64,000 nucleotides of DNA from Clostridia bacterium (GCA_017468465.1 JAFUIN010000014.1:3618-67617); one strand, 5' to 3'; shown: positions 11,020 through 21,002, counted from the stretch's first letter. Program-made: numbers and translations. Notes: generated by a model not told the origin, from the sequence alone.

Positions 11020-11085
11020 AGGGAAAGCATCTTGAGATTATAGGACAGAAAGGATAGAATTTTTTTGCTTTTAAGCAATGGGTGA

Positions 11086-12033
11086 ATGATTATGAATGAA
11101 AAATTGATTGTATCTACTTCGCCGCATATTCAAACATCCTACGGCACAAGTAAGCTGATGGGAAATGTTTTGATTGCGTTAATTCCGGCTGTTGCGGCAG
11201 CAACCTGGATTTTTGGTATCCGAGCGCTGATTTTGATACTGGTTTCTGCATGTTCTGCAATGTTGTTTGAACATCTGTGGTGTATGCTTTTGAAAAAGCC
11301 GACTACCATTTTCGATTTGAGTGCCGCAATTACCGGTGTGCTGTTAGCACTAACCTTACCGGTTGGCGTTCCGCTGTATGTTCCGATTGTAGGCACATTT
11401 TTTGCGATTATTGTTGCAAAATGTCTCTTTGGTGGGTTGGGGAACAACTTTATCAATCCCGCATTGGCAGGAAGAGCGTTTCTGTTAGCTTCCTACTCAC
11501 TTCCTATGACAACCTGGGTAAAACCTTTCTATTACAAAGTAGATGCTGTGACCACTGCAACTCCCTTAAAAATCTTAAAAGCCGGCGGTGCATTGGATGT
11601 TGGCTATTGGGATTTATTTTTGGGAAATATCGGCGGCTCCATGGGCGAGGTTTGTGCATTGGCATTGATTATCGGATTTCTTTATTTATGGGCAAGAAAA
11701 ATCATTCAGCCACATATCACCATTAGCTATGTTGCAACCGTGGCATTATTGGGCTGGTTCTTCGGTTATAACGGCATTATGACTGGGGATGCTTTGACCA
11801 GCATTTTAACCGGCGGTGTTCTGTTGGGAGGCATCTTTATGCTTACCGATTATACCACTTCTCCCACCACTCGGCTTGGAAATGTCATTGCAGGGATTTT
11901 AGCTGGTTGTTTAACCATATTCATTCGTGTTAAAGGCGGCTATCCGGAAGGTGTTTGTTATTCCATTCTTTTGGTGAACATCTTAGCACCTCAGATTGAT
12001 AAGCTGGTAGTTCCGAGAAAATACGGTGCATAA
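11086..12033 (+). CDS. rnfD: Rnf complex subunit D (polytopic membrane, FMN-binding)
   Basis: 315-aa polytopic protein ending in the TDYTTSP motif typical of RnfD/NqrB. Sits in the rnf operon. An alternative start is at 11092. Confidence 0.9.
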   Translation: MIMNEKLIVSTSPHIQTSYGTSKLMGNVLIALIPAVAAATWIFGIRALILILVSACSAMLFEHLWCMLLKKPTTIFDLSAAITGVLLALTLPVGVPLYVPIVGTFFAIIVAKCLFGGLGNNFINPALAGRAFLLASYSLPMTTWVKPFYYKVDAVTTATPLKILKAGGALDVGYWDLFLGNIGGSMGEVCALALIIGFLYLWARKIIQPHITISYVATVALLGWFFGYNGIMTGDALTSILTGGVLLGGIFMLTDYTTSPTTRLGNVIAGILAGCLTIFIRVKGGYPEGVCYSILLVNILAPQIDKLVVPRKYGA

Positions 12034-12049
12034 GGAGGGGAAGATACCA

Positions 12050-12559
12050 ATGAAACAAAATGATAACATCATTGTATTGGCGCTGAAATTATTTGTGATT
12101 TGTCTGGTAATTGCCCTTGGCTTGTCTGCCTTGAACTTTGTAACCGAGCCTGTGATTGCCGAGTTGACCGAATCAGCGAAAAAAGAAGCAATGGAAGCGG
12201 TGCTTCCCGATTGCAGTTTAGAAAAGGTGAATGATCAGGTATATGTTGGAGCAAACGACGGTGAAACTGTCGGATATGCTGTGAATGTAGTGACTCAGGA
12301 AGGCTATGGCGGTGCGATTGAAATGATTGTCGGTTTCGATTGTGACCTGAACATTACCGGAATTGAATACATTTCTATGTCTGAAACACCCGGTCTTGGA
12401 ACCCGTGCGAAAGAAGAAAGCTTTACTTCGCAGTTTTTGGGAAGCAAGGCAAAAGCATTTGAAGACATTGATGCTTTAACCGGTGCAACTGTAACCTCAA
12501 AGGCAGTAAACGGAGCACTCAATATGGCATCAGAACTGGCAAAGGAGGCGGCGCAATAA
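12050..12559 (+). CDS. rnfG: Rnf complex subunit G (FMN-binding)
   Basis: Single TM helix plus FMN_bind-type motif (ETPGLG, DALTGATVTSKAV). The ATG at 12050 lies 9 nt after AAGGAGGGG. Confidence 0.9.
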   Translation: MKQNDNIIVLALKLFVICLVIALGLSALNFVTEPVIAELTESAKKEAMEAVLPDCSLEKVNDQVYVGANDGETVGYAVNVVTQEGYGGAIEMIVGFDCDLNITGIEYISMSETPGLGTRAKEESFTSQFLGSKAKAFEDIDALTGATVTSKAVNGALNMASELAKEAAQ

Positions 12560-13155
12560 TGAAAGCATTTTTCAAAAAAATGTTTGCAGAAAACCCGGTG
12601 TTTGTATTACTTTTGGGTATGTGCCCCACCTTGGGAACCTCCACATCTGTAATCAACGGATTGGGGATGGGCCTTTCTGCAACTGCAGTTTTAATTTGTT
12701 CTAACCTTTTTATCTCGCTTTTGAGAAAATTTATTCCGGCGAAAATCAGAATTGCATCTTATATTGTCATCATTGCAGGCTTTGTAACAGCGGTAGATAT
12801 GGCATTAAAGGCATATTTGCCTGGAATTTCTGCATCGCTTGGTGTGTTTATCCCCTTAATTGTTGTAAACTGTATCATTTTGGCAAGAGCTGAAAGCTTT
12901 GCATCAAAAAACACTCCCGGTAAATCTGCTGTAGACGGATTGTGTATGGGGCTTGGCTTTACCGCAGCACTTGTTATTTTATCTGCAATCCGTGAGCTTT
13001 TAGGCAACGGAACTTTATTGGGCTTCCCGGTGCTTGGCAGCTCTTATCCTCCCGCAATTATGATGATTCTTCCTCCCGGAGGATTTATCGTTCTGGGTGT
13101 TGTTTTAGGTGTGATTAACCTGATGAGAACGAAGGGAGGCGCAAAACATGGTTGA
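12559..13155 (+). CDS. rnfE: Rnf complex subunit E
   Basis: Polytopic RnfE/NqrD family protein (NPVFVLLLGMCPTLG). TAATG overlap with rnfG. Confidence 0.9.
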   Translation: MKAFFKKMFAENPVFVLLLGMCPTLGTSTSVINGLGMGLSATAVLICSNLFISLLRKFIPAKIRIASYIVIIAGFVTAVDMALKAYLPGISASLGVFIPLIVVNCIILARAESFASKNTPGKSAVDGLCMGLGFTAALVILSAIRELLGNGTLLGFPVLGSSYPPAIMMILPPGGFIVLGVVLGVINLMRTKGGAKHG

Positions 13156-13735
13156 TGCTGGAAAACTGTTTTCTATTTTAATTACTACCTTATTGGTAGA
13201 AAACTTTGTATTGGTAAAATTTTTAGGTTGTTGTCCATTCCTTGGTGTTTCTAAAAAAACCGACACTGCATTGGCAATGGGGATGGCAGTTACCTTTGTT
13301 ATGGCACTGGCAAGTGCAATGTCTTGGTTGGTAAATGAATATATTTTAATTCCGTTCCATCTGGAATATCTGCAAACCATTGCTTTTATTCTTGTAATTG
13401 CTGCATTGGTTCAGATTGTGGAAATGGCAATTATGAAATTAAGCCCGCCATTATATGCGTCATTGGGCATTTATTTGCCTCTGATTACCACCAACTGTGC
13501 AGTTTTAGGGGTTGCCCTCCTGAACGTGCAGAAAAACTATGGCTTTTTGGAAAGCCTGGTTTCCGGGATTGCAGCAGCGTTAAGCTTTACTCTTGCAATT
13601 TGGTTATTTGCGGGAGTAAGAGAACGGTTAGAAAATTCCAACATCCCGTCCTTTATGAAGGGGATGCCCATTGCACTGGTTTCAGCCGGTTTAATTGCAA
13701 TGGCTTTCTTGGGATTCTCCGGTATGAAACTGTAA
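13148..13735 (+). CDS. rnfA: Rnf complex subunit A
   Basis: Polytopic RnfA/NqrE family protein (ENFVLVKFLGCCPFLGVS, PLITTNCAVLG). Overlaps the end of rnfE. Confidence 0.9.
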   Translation: MVDAGKLFSILITTLLVENFVLVKFLGCCPFLGVSKKTDTALAMGMAVTFVMALASAMSWLVNEYILIPFHLEYLQTIAFILVIAALVQIVEMAIMKLSPPLYASLGIYLPLITTNCAVLGVALLNVQKNYGFLESLVSGIAAALSFTLAIWLFAGVRERLENSNIPSFMKGMPIALVSAGLIAMAFLGFSGMKL

Positions 13736-13756
13736 ACCAAAAAAGAGGAGGAAACT

Positions 13757-14554
13757 ATGCAAAATATTATTAGTGCAACTGTGGCAATTTCAGCAATGGG
13801 GCTCATTTTCGGGGCATTGCTCGGAATTGCAGCAAAAATATTTCACGTAGAGCAAGACAAGAAGCTGCCTCTGATTACCGAAGCATTGCCCGGAGCAAAT
13901 TGCGGCGGTTGCGGATATGCAGGCTGTTCTCAGTGTGCCTCTGCTATTCTGGAAGGAAAAGCAAAGCCTAATGTTTGTCCTGTTGGCGGTGCAGAAACTG
14001 CAAAAATGATTTCCAATATTTTAGGAGTAGCAGAAGAAGCTTTTGAAAAGAAAGCAGCGTTTGTCCGCTGTGCCGGCTGTACCGATGTGGCAGAAATAAA
14101 ATTCCAGTATGACGGTAATTTAGATTGTGTTTCGGCATCCAAAATGATTGGGGGAGGCTATAAAGCTTGCTCCAACGGTTGTTTGGGATACGGCTCTTGT
14201 GTAAAGGTTTGCAATTTTGGTGCAATTCGTATTGAAAACGGTATTGCGGTTGTAGATTTTGAAAAATGTACTGCTTGTGGCAGATGTGTGGCAGCTTGCC
14301 CCAAAAATCTGATCACCATTATTTCTCCTAAGGACCGGTATATTGTAAAGTGCCGGAACACCGATAAAGGTAGCATCGTAAAAGATGAATGTAAAGCAGG
14401 TTGTATCGGTTGTAAGCTGTGCGAAAAGAACTGTCCGGAAGAGGCAATCAAGGTAGACAATTTCTTAGCACAAATTGATGCTGAAAAATGTGTCGGTTGT
14501 GGTATTTGTTTGGAAAAATGCCCGAAAAAAATTATTCAGAAAATTGTTTTATAA
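13757..14554 (+). CDS. rnfB: Rnf complex subunit B (poly-ferredoxin)
   Basis: N-terminal anchor, CGGCGYAGC motif, and several CxxCxxCxxxCP 4Fe-4S motifs. Confidence 0.9.
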   Translation: MQNIISATVAISAMGLIFGALLGIAAKIFHVEQDKKLPLITEALPGANCGGCGYAGCSQCASAILEGKAKPNVCPVGGAETAKMISNILGVAEEAFEKKAAFVRCAGCTDVAEIKFQYDGNLDCVSASKMIGGGYKACSNGCLGYGSCVKVCNFGAIRIENGIAVVDFEKCTACGRCVAACPKNLITIISPKDRYIVKCRNTDKGSIVKDECKAGCIGCKLCEKNCPEEAIKVDNFLAQIDAEKCVGCGICLEKCPKKIIQKIVL

Positions 14555-14582
14555 GTAACCATAGGGAGAATCCGTCTGAAAT

Positions 14583-15626
14583 ATGAAACAAAATATCAAA
14601 AATTTGTTATATCCGGAATTGGAAGAATATTTTGTTCAGAAATACCGCCAGAAATTTCGAGCCAAACAGGTGTTCAAATGGCTCTCTCTGGGGGTTACTT
14701 CCTTTGCGGAAATGACGGATATCTCAAAAAAAATGGCAGAAGAATTGTCGGAAGATTTTTATATTTCCGATCTGAAGGTTTTAAGAAAAGAAACCTCAAA
14801 AGACGGTACCGTCAAATTTTTATATGAATTGTCAGACAAAAACACGGTGGAAAGTGTTTTAATGCAATATAAGCATGGCATGAGCATTTGTATTTCCACA
14901 CAGGTAGGATGTAATATGGGATGCACCTTTTGTGCTTCTACTGTAGGTGGCAAGGTGAGAGACCTGGAAGCAGGTGAAATACTGGACCAGGTGATTTTCA
15001 CTGCAAAAAATGAAGGAGTCCGTATTTCCAACATTGTATTGATGGGAATCGGAGAACCGCTGGATAATTACGAAAATGTGCTTCGTTTCTTGAAAAATGT
15101 AAATGATGAGCATGGCATCAATATTGGGTATCGGCACATTTCTTTATCCACCTGCGGATTGGTTGACGGCATTGATCGATTGGCTGATGAAAATATTCCT
15201 TTGACCTTATCAATTTCTCTGCATGCACCAAATGATTCCATTCGGAATAAAACCATGCCGGTTTCCAGAAAATATCCCTATGAGGAGCTTTTGGGAGCTG
15301 TCAAACGATATTTGAAAAAAACGGGTAGGAGAGTTTCGTTTGAGTATACGCTCATTAAGGATGTCAACGACCAACCCTCCCATGCAAAAGAGTTGTGTCA
15401 GCATTTGAAAGGAATGCTTTGTCATATCAATCTGATTCCGGTCAATCCGGCACGTGGCACAATGGCACCCTCGGAAATGAAGCGAATCCGGCAATTTCAG
15501 GAAATGCTGATTTCCGGTGGCTTGAATGCTACCGTACGGAGAACATTGGGGACGGATATCAACGCTGCTTGCGGACAATTACGTCGGGCAGAATATCAGA
15601 ATAAGAAAGAAGGTGAACCAATATGA
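14583..15626 (+). CDS. rlmN: 23S rRNA/tRNA (adenine-C2)-methyltransferase, radical SAM
   Basis: GCNMGCTFCAS radical-SAM motif, GIGEPLDN, and C-terminal INAACGQL. Confidence 0.92.
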   Translation: MKQNIKNLLYPELEEYFVQKYRQKFRAKQVFKWLSLGVTSFAEMTDISKKMAEELSEDFYISDLKVLRKETSKDGTVKFLYELSDKNTVESVLMQYKHGMSICISTQVGCNMGCTFCASTVGGKVRDLEAGEILDQVIFTAKNEGVRISNIVLMGIGEPLDNYENVLRFLKNVNDEHGINIGYRHISLSTCGLVDGIDRLADENIPLTLSISLHAPNDSIRNKTMPVSRKYPYEELLGAVKRYLKKTGRRVSFEYTLIKDVNDQPSHAKELCQHLKGMLCHINLIPVNPARGTMAPSEMKRIRQFQEMLISGGLNATVRRTLGTDINAACGQLRRAEYQNKKEGEPI

Positions 15627-16327
15627 TATACGGGCAGACAGATGTAGGAAATGTCAGAACCTTAAACGAAGACAGTTTCTATTTTGAAACCACACCACAA
15701 GGATATGTGATGATTGTTGCCGATGGTATGGGCGGTCATAACGGCGGCGAAGTTGCAAGTAAAATGGCGGTAGATTCCATTCGGGAATATATGAATCAGA
15801 ATGATATTTTTTCTGATCCCGAGGTAACTTTGCGTCAGGCAATAAAATGTGCCAATGATGCGGTGTTTCATGCGGCTACCAAACAAGCTGAGCTGGAAGG
15901 GATGGGAACCACACTGGTGATGGCTGTGGGAAATGAAAAAACGATATGTGTCGCCAATGTTGGAGATTCCCGTGCATATTTGGTTTCTAAAAATAAACTG
16001 TTGCAGATAACAAAGGACCATTCGTTTGTCAACGAATTGGTAAAAAAGGGAGTTTTAACAAAAGAAGAAGCAAAAAAACACCCAAAAAGCAATATCATTT
16101 TGAAAGCATTGGGACTTGAGGCGGATGTATATCCGGATATCTTTTTGCTGGAAAAGAAAAAAACAGACAAGGTGCTGTTATGCACGGATGGACTTACCGG
16201 AATGGTTTCTGACGAAGAAATCCTCGAAGTGATGGCACAGTTCAACAAAAAGAATGCCTGTGCTGAACTGGTCCGGCTGGCAAAAGAACACGGCGGAACC
16301 GATAATGTTACAGTTGTAATCGGATAA
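15623..16327 (+). CDS. prpC: PP2C-family Ser/Thr protein phosphatase
   Basis: Motifs ADGMGGHNGGEVAS, NVGDSRAY, TDGLTGMV, GGTDNVTVV. ATGA overlap with rlmN. Confidence 0.9.
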   Translation: MIYGQTDVGNVRTLNEDSFYFETTPQGYVMIVADGMGGHNGGEVASKMAVDSIREYMNQNDIFSDPEVTLRQAIKCANDAVFHAATKQAELEGMGTTLVMAVGNEKTICVANVGDSRAYLVSKNKLLQITKDHSFVNELVKKGVLTKEEAKKHPKSNIILKALGLEADVYPDIFLLEKKKTDKVLLCTDGLTGMVSDEEILEVMAQFNKKNACAELVRLAKEHGGTDNVTVVIG

Positions 16328-16366
16328 TCAGAGAACATAAAATAAATGTTGAAGGAGCTTACAGAT

Positions 16367-18379
16367 ATGATTGGAAGAATTCTGGGCGGCAGATATGAAT
16401 TATTGGAACTCATCGGCACCGGCGGGATGTCGAAAGTATACAAGGCAAAATGTCGGTTATTGAACCGATTTGTTGCGGTTAAAATCTTAAAAGAAGAATA
16501 TAATGCCGATAAGGAATTTGTAAAGCGTTTTTACATTGAATCCCAGGCGGCGGCATCTTTGTCCAGCACCAATATCGTTTCTGTTTATGACGTTGGCGAA
16601 GAAGAAAACACCTACTATATTGTAATGGAATATGTGGAAGGTGTTACCTTAAAAGAAGTCATTAAAGAAAACGGTGTTCTGGCATGGAACGTAGCGTTGA
16701 ATTTTGCATTGCAGATATTGAGTGCATTGGAATGCGCACACAAAAACGGCATTGTGCACAGAGACATTAAGCCGCAGAATATTATCGTAACCGATGAAGG
16801 CATCCTGAAAGTGACAGATTTCGGGATTGCTCGTGCTGTAAATGGCGACGAAACCAAAAAAATTGACCGTGATGTTTTGGGCTCTGTGCATTACATTTCA
16901 CCGGAGCAGGCGAAAGGTATTATGATTGATGCCAGAAGCGATTTGTATTCATTGGGGATTGTGATGTATGAAATGCTGACCGGAAAATTGCCTTATGACG
17001 GCAACAGTGCGGTCTCTGTGGCATTGATGCACTTAAATTCCGAGCCTCAGTCTATCAAAGACCTGAACATTTCCGTTCCCAATGAACTGGTAAGAATGGT
17101 AACAAAATCAATGCAGCGTGACGTGCTGAACAGATATCAGACAGCAAAAGAAATGGCAGAAGAATTCAACGAATTCAAAAAAGCAGAGAAATTGACCACC
17201 AAAGAGCAGGAAGATGCCTTTATAAAAGAAACCATTGCTATGGTGCAGCTTGCTAAAAAAGCAAACGAGCCTGCTGTTTTGGAAGATAAGGTTGAGAGCG
17301 AAAAAGAAGATACCTACATAAAGAAGCTTGATAAAGAAGATAAACACACTAAGAAAACAGCATTCTGGAAAGATAAAAAAGAACGTACAGCAGTTATTTC
17401 TGCCATTGGCTTATCGGCTGTAATTGTTGCATTGATGGTGTTCTTATTTGCCAAAGTATTTTTCCCGAATCTTGACTTTTCCTCGCTGTTTGAATCAAAA
17501 GAATTTTTATTGCCCAATGTGGTGGACAAATATATCGAAGATGTGCAGCCCATGCTGGAAGCAGAAGGTCTGAAGGTCACTGTAAACGAAGTAGAAGACA
17601 ACTCTCGTGAAGACGGGCTGATTATCAACCAGTATCCCAGTGGCAATATTATGGTAAAAGTAAGAAAAACCACAGTTCAGCTCAGTGTTGTAAAAAATGA
17701 CGATGGAACAGAAAAAATTAAGGTTCCCAAGGTCGTGAACAAAGAATACCGTCAGGCAAAACAGGAGCTTGAAAAAGCAGGCTTTATGGTGCGTATTGTA
17801 GAAGAAGTTTCCGAGGATATTCCGGTAGGATTTGTTATCCGCCAGACTCCGTCTGCTAATCAGGAAGCAAAAAAAGGTGCAGAAATTGCAATTTATGTTG
17901 CAAAAGAAGATGAAAATGCAGAAATTTTTGTTCCCAACTTTGTGGGTATGACAGAAGCTCAGGCAAAAGAAAAAGCGGACGATATCGGTTTGGTTATTAC
18001 TTTTGTGGAAAAAGCGGGGACCGAAAATGTGGGCAAAGTAACCGAACAGTCCATCAGCAAAGAAACTTTGGTGAATAAAGGAACTTCCATTCGTCTTACC
18101 ATTATCGGCAAAGGGGATACACCGGCGTCTCCGTCAATTTCTCCCACGCCTACAACACCGGTAGTATCCGAAGCGTCACAAACACTGACCATTGATTTGC
18201 CGCAAGACAGAGAACAGGTAACGGTCGTGGTAAAAAAAGCAGGCAGTGAAGTATATCGCAGAGCACATAACACATCGGAAAGAAGAATTACCGTTACTGT
18301 AAAAGGAAGCGGTACCCAGAAGGTCGAAATTTTGCAAGACGGTCAGGTTTTCTTCTCTCAAAATATTAAATTTAACTAA
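16367..18379 (+). CDS. prkC: Ser/Thr protein kinase with a TM segment and extracellular PASTA repeats
   Basis: Motifs GTGGMSKVYKA, HRDIKPQNI, DFGIA, SPEQA. One TM helix (about 17380-17450). Three PASTA-like repeats plus a C-terminal beta domain. The ATG at 16367 lies 9 nt after GAAGGAG. Confidence 0.92.
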   Translation: MIGRILGGRYELLELIGTGGMSKVYKAKCRLLNRFVAVKILKEEYNADKEFVKRFYIESQAAASLSSTNIVSVYDVGEEENTYYIVMEYVEGVTLKEVIKENGVLAWNVALNFALQILSALECAHKNGIVHRDIKPQNIIVTDEGILKVTDFGIARAVNGDETKKIDRDVLGSVHYISPEQAKGIMIDARSDLYSLGIVMYEMLTGKLPYDGNSAVSVALMHLNSEPQSIKDLNISVPNELVRMVTKSMQRDVLNRYQTAKEMAEEFNEFKKAEKLTTKEQEDAFIKETIAMVQLAKKANEPAVLEDKVESEKEDTYIKKLDKEDKHTKKTAFWKDKKERTAVISAIGLSAVIVALMVFLFAKVFFPNLDFSSLFESKEFLLPNVVDKYIEDVQPMLEAEGLKVTVNEVEDNSREDGLIINQYPSGNIMVKVRKTTVQLSVVKNDDGTEKIKVPKVVNKEYRQAKQELEKAGFMVRIVEEVSEDIPVGFVIRQTPSANQEAKKGAEIAIYVAKEDENAEIFVPNFVGMTEAQAKEKADDIGLVITFVEKAGTENVGKVTEQSISKETLVNKGTSIRLTIIGKGDTPASPSISPTPTTPVVSEASQTLTIDLPQDREQVTVVVKKAGSEVYRRAHNTSERRITVTVKGSGTQKVEILQDGQVFFSQNIKFN

Positions 18380-18407
18380 TTTTTAAGAAAAGAGGTGCAA
18401 CCAAAGG

Positions 18408-19271
18408 TTGGACGGTTTGTTGGTCAAAGGCATTGGCGGTTTTTACTATGTGCAGACAGACAACGGCTTATACGAATGTAAAGCCAGGGGAAAATTCCGC
18501 AAGAATGAGATTGTTCCCACTGTGGGTGACAGTGTGCAGATTTCTGTGATTTCGGAAGCGGAGAAAAAAGGTAGTCTGGATACTATTTGTAAACGCAAAA
18601 ACATTCTCATTCGCCCTGCAGTTTCCAACGTAGACCATTTTATCATTGTTGCACCTTCCAAATCTCCCGATTTTGATCCGTTTTTTGTGGATAAGCTGTT
18701 GGTTTTTTGTGAGCTTTATGATATAGAGCCACTTCTTGTAATCAACAAAAATGATTTAGATTCGGGGGTTCAGTTTGGGCGTTTGTATGAAAACATCGGA
18801 TATCGCGTGATTTATGCAAACACCATCACACAGGACGGCATATCAGAAATCAAAGAAGCCATTCGTGGCGGAATCAATGTATTTGCAGGCTTTTCCGGAG
18901 CCGGAAAATCCTCCATTTTGAATTTGCTTATCGAAAATGCAGACTTAAAAACCGGTGAAATCAGCAAGCTGACAAGAGGACGTCATACCACTCGACACTC
19001 GGAGCTTTTTGAAATTGTTCCCGATACTTATGTGGCAGATACACCGGGCTTTTCTTCTTTGGAAATTGATTTTGCCATTGAAAATCTGGATCAGTTGTTT
19101 CCTGAATTTCGTGATGTTTCCTGTCAGTTTAAGGGGTGCTCTCATACCAAGGAAAAAGGCTGTGGGGTACTGGAGCTCTTGAATGAAGGAGGCATTGCTC
19201 TCTCCCGATACGAAAGCTATCGTGCAATTTATGACCGCATTAAAGATATCAAGCCCTGGAGTAAACGTTAG
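18408..19271 (+). CDS. rsgA: Ribosome small-subunit-dependent GTPase A
   Basis: Circularly permuted GTPase: NKNDL then GFSGAGKSSILN. C-terminal Zn motif CQFKGCSHTKEKGC. TTG start. Confidence 0.9.
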   Translation: MDGLLVKGIGGFYYVQTDNGLYECKARGKFRKNEIVPTVGDSVQISVISEAEKKGSLDTICKRKNILIRPAVSNVDHFIIVAPSKSPDFDPFFVDKLLVFCELYDIEPLLVINKNDLDSGVQFGRLYENIGYRVIYANTITQDGISEIKEAIRGGINVFAGFSGAGKSSILNLLIENADLKTGEISKLTRGRHTTRHSELFEIVPDTYVADTPGFSSLEIDFAIENLDQLFPEFRDVSCQFKGCSHTKEKGCGVLELLNEGGIALSRYESYRAIYDRIKDIKPWSKR

Positions 19272-19287
19272 AAAGGATTTCGTCGTT

Positions 19288-19923
19288 ATGATAAAAGTTG
19301 CACCTTCATTACTGGCATCGGATTTCTCTTGTCTGGCAGAGGAAATTCGTACCGTTGAGACAGCAGATTTTTTGCACCTGGATGTAATGGACGGGCATTT
19401 TGTGCCAAACTTAACCATTGGTCCTTGTGTTGTTGAGTGTTTGCGACCTCATACGGATTTGCCCTTTGACACCCATTTGATGATTGATAATCCCTTAAAA
19501 TATATTGAACCTTTTGCCAAAAGCGGTTCCGATTATATCACGGTTCATATGGAACAACCGGATGATATCAAACAATGTATTAGCTTGATTCAAAGCTTTG
19601 GAAAAAAAGCGGGTCTTGCTATCAGTCCGGATACTCCGATTGATGTTTTGAAGCCTTATCTTAACGAAATTTCTATCATTACCGTAATGTCTGTATATCC
19701 CGGCTTTGGAGGGCAGAAATTTATCGAGACAACCTATGATAAAGTGGTTGGTATAGCCAAAATGATTCAGGACAAAGATATCTTGCTTTCGGTTGATGGT
19801 GGAGTGAATGCAGAAAATGCCAGAAAGCTGGAAGCGTGTGGAGCTTCTGTGGCAGTGGCAGGAAGCTCGGTTTTTGGAGTGAATAATCGGGCTGCAGCGA
19901 TTATGGATATCAGAGGAGAATAG
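19288..19923 (+). CDS. rpe: Ribulose-phosphate 3-epimerase
   Basis: Motifs APSLLASDF, HLDVMDGHFVPN, MSVYPGFGGQKF. The ATG at 19288 lies just after the rsgA stop. The track start at 19183 overlaps rsgA. Confidence 0.92.
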   Translation: MIKVAPSLLASDFSCLAEEIRTVETADFLHLDVMDGHFVPNLTIGPCVVECLRPHTDLPFDTHLMIDNPLKYIEPFAKSGSDYITVHMEQPDDIKQCISLIQSFGKKAGLAISPDTPIDVLKPYLNEISIITVMSVYPGFGGQKFIETTYDKVVGIAKMIQDKDILLSVDGGVNAENARKLEACGASVAVAGSSVFGVNNRAAAIMDIRGE

Positions 19924-19924
19924 T

Positions 19925-20554
19925 GTGAATATTTTAATTATTGCTGCCGGCAACCATCAAAAAGATGCTACTCTCAGGCAATATGCAAGTGAAGCAGATT
20001 ATATCATTTGTGCAGATGGTGGGTATGACCACGCAAAGCAGTGCGGAATTGTGCCGGATATTTTAGTCGGTGATTTTGATTCTATCAAAGAAGAACCGAA
20101 GGATTTTTTCAAAAAAGTGAAGCTCCCGAAAGAAAAAGACGAAACTGACAGCTTATATGCGCTGCGTTTTGCATTTTCAAAAGGTGCAACGAGCATTGTG
20201 TTTTACGGTGGTATCGGGACTCGATTTGACCATAGCTATGCCAATATCTGCTTATTGCAGCACAGCCTGGAACGAGGCATTCCAATGGTGGTAACCGACG
20301 GACTTACCGAAGTGTATCTGACCGATTCCAACCTTTCGTTGAAACAACCGGTTGGAACGGTTGTTTCCGTTTTTTCTTTTTCGGATGTTTGCGAGGGTGT
20401 CACCTTGAAAGGCTTGAAATATCCTCTTTCAAATTATACGCTGGATAAATACAATGTGTTGGGAACCAGCAATGAATTTATAGAAGAACAAGCGGAGTTT
20501 TCGGTTTCTCAAGGAAACTTGCTCATAGTTTGTAACAAAAATAAGTCATACTGA
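19925..20554 (+). CDS. thiN: Thiamine diphosphokinase
   Basis: GDFDS motif and a TPK catalytic plus B1-binding layout. The position after rpe matches B. subtilis yloS/thiN. GTG start. Confidence 0.85.
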   Translation: MNILIIAAGNHQKDATLRQYASEADYIICADGGYDHAKQCGIVPDILVGDFDSIKEEPKDFFKKVKLPKEKDETDSLYALRFAFSKGATSIVFYGGIGTRFDHSYANICLLQHSLERGIPMVVTDGLTEVYLTDSNLSLKQPVGTVVSVFSFSDVCEGVTLKGLKYPLSNYTLDKYNVLGTSNEFIEEQAEFSVSQGNLLIVCNKNKSY

Positions 20555-20624
20555 TATAATGATAGTAGAAACATCGTTATATTTTGTATGGCTTTTTATT
20601 TTACATACTCCGGAGGTGGTTGAT

Positions 20625-20801
20625 ATGAAATTTTTCCGTAGTCTTTTTTGTTTAAGCTGGGGTCTTGTTCTTGCCGCCGTGGGCGGAGGGATTCTGATTG
20701 CATTATCGGTGCCGGCAAGTATTATTGTGATTATTCTTTCGGTTCTTTTGATATTTGTGGGGTATTGCCTTTGTGCATCCGACCATAAAAGAAGATATTA
20801 A
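20625..20801 (+). CDS. Small (58 aa) two-helix membrane protein, function unknown
   Basis: The ATG at 20625 lies 5 nt after GGAGGTGG. There are two hydrophobic helices. The upstream part of the track ORF lacks an RBS. Confidence 0.5.
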   Translation: MKFFRSLFCLSWGLVLAAVGGGILIALSVPASIIVIILSVLLIFVGYCLCASDHKRRY

Positions 20802-20818
20802 AAAGGAGGGAGTCTCAT

Positions 20819-20902
20819 ATGAAAATAGTCGTATACAAACCGCCGTCTTTTTTGAAAGGGATTTTTAAGATGCTGTTCAAGGTAAAAAGTGACAGAGACT
20901 AA
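20819..20902 (+). CDS. spoVM: Stage V sporulation protein M-like 27-aa amphipathic peptide (not in the supplied ORF track)
   Basis: MKIVVYKPPSFLKGIFKMLFKVKSDRD compared with B. subtilis SpoVM MKFYTIKLPKFLGGIVRAMLGSFRKD. Strong RBS AAAGGAGGG lies 8 nt upstream. The position next to thiN is the same as in B. subtilis. Confidence 0.7.
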   Translation: MKIVVYKPPSFLKGIFKMLFKVKSDRD

Positions 20903-21002
20903 AAGTATAAAAAATGGGTGTCAAAACTTTTGTTTTGCACTCATTTTTTTTGAATTGCATTCCTTTTTTTCGGCAAAAATGGAAGTGAGAAAGGATGTTT
21001 TT

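Noticed and set aside
20585-20615. CATACT element with upstream ATATT, resembling a mother-cell sigma-E type promoter ahead of the small membrane ORF and spoVM.
   Set aside because: The spacing between the two elements (about 20 nt) does not fit my recollection of the consensus. The -10-like hexamer lies only a few nt before the RBS, leaving no room for a transcription start and leader.
20889-21002. N-terminal extensions offered by the ORF track for clpC. The same applies to 61872-62891 (rlmA), 42627-44045 (citrate synthase), 19183 (rpe), 44842 (rbgA), 56518 (MATE) and 25556 (ppa).
   Set aside because: The extensions overlap upstream genes or intergenic promoters and lack an RBS. Internal ATGs with good Shine-Dalgarno spacing give canonical family N-termini.
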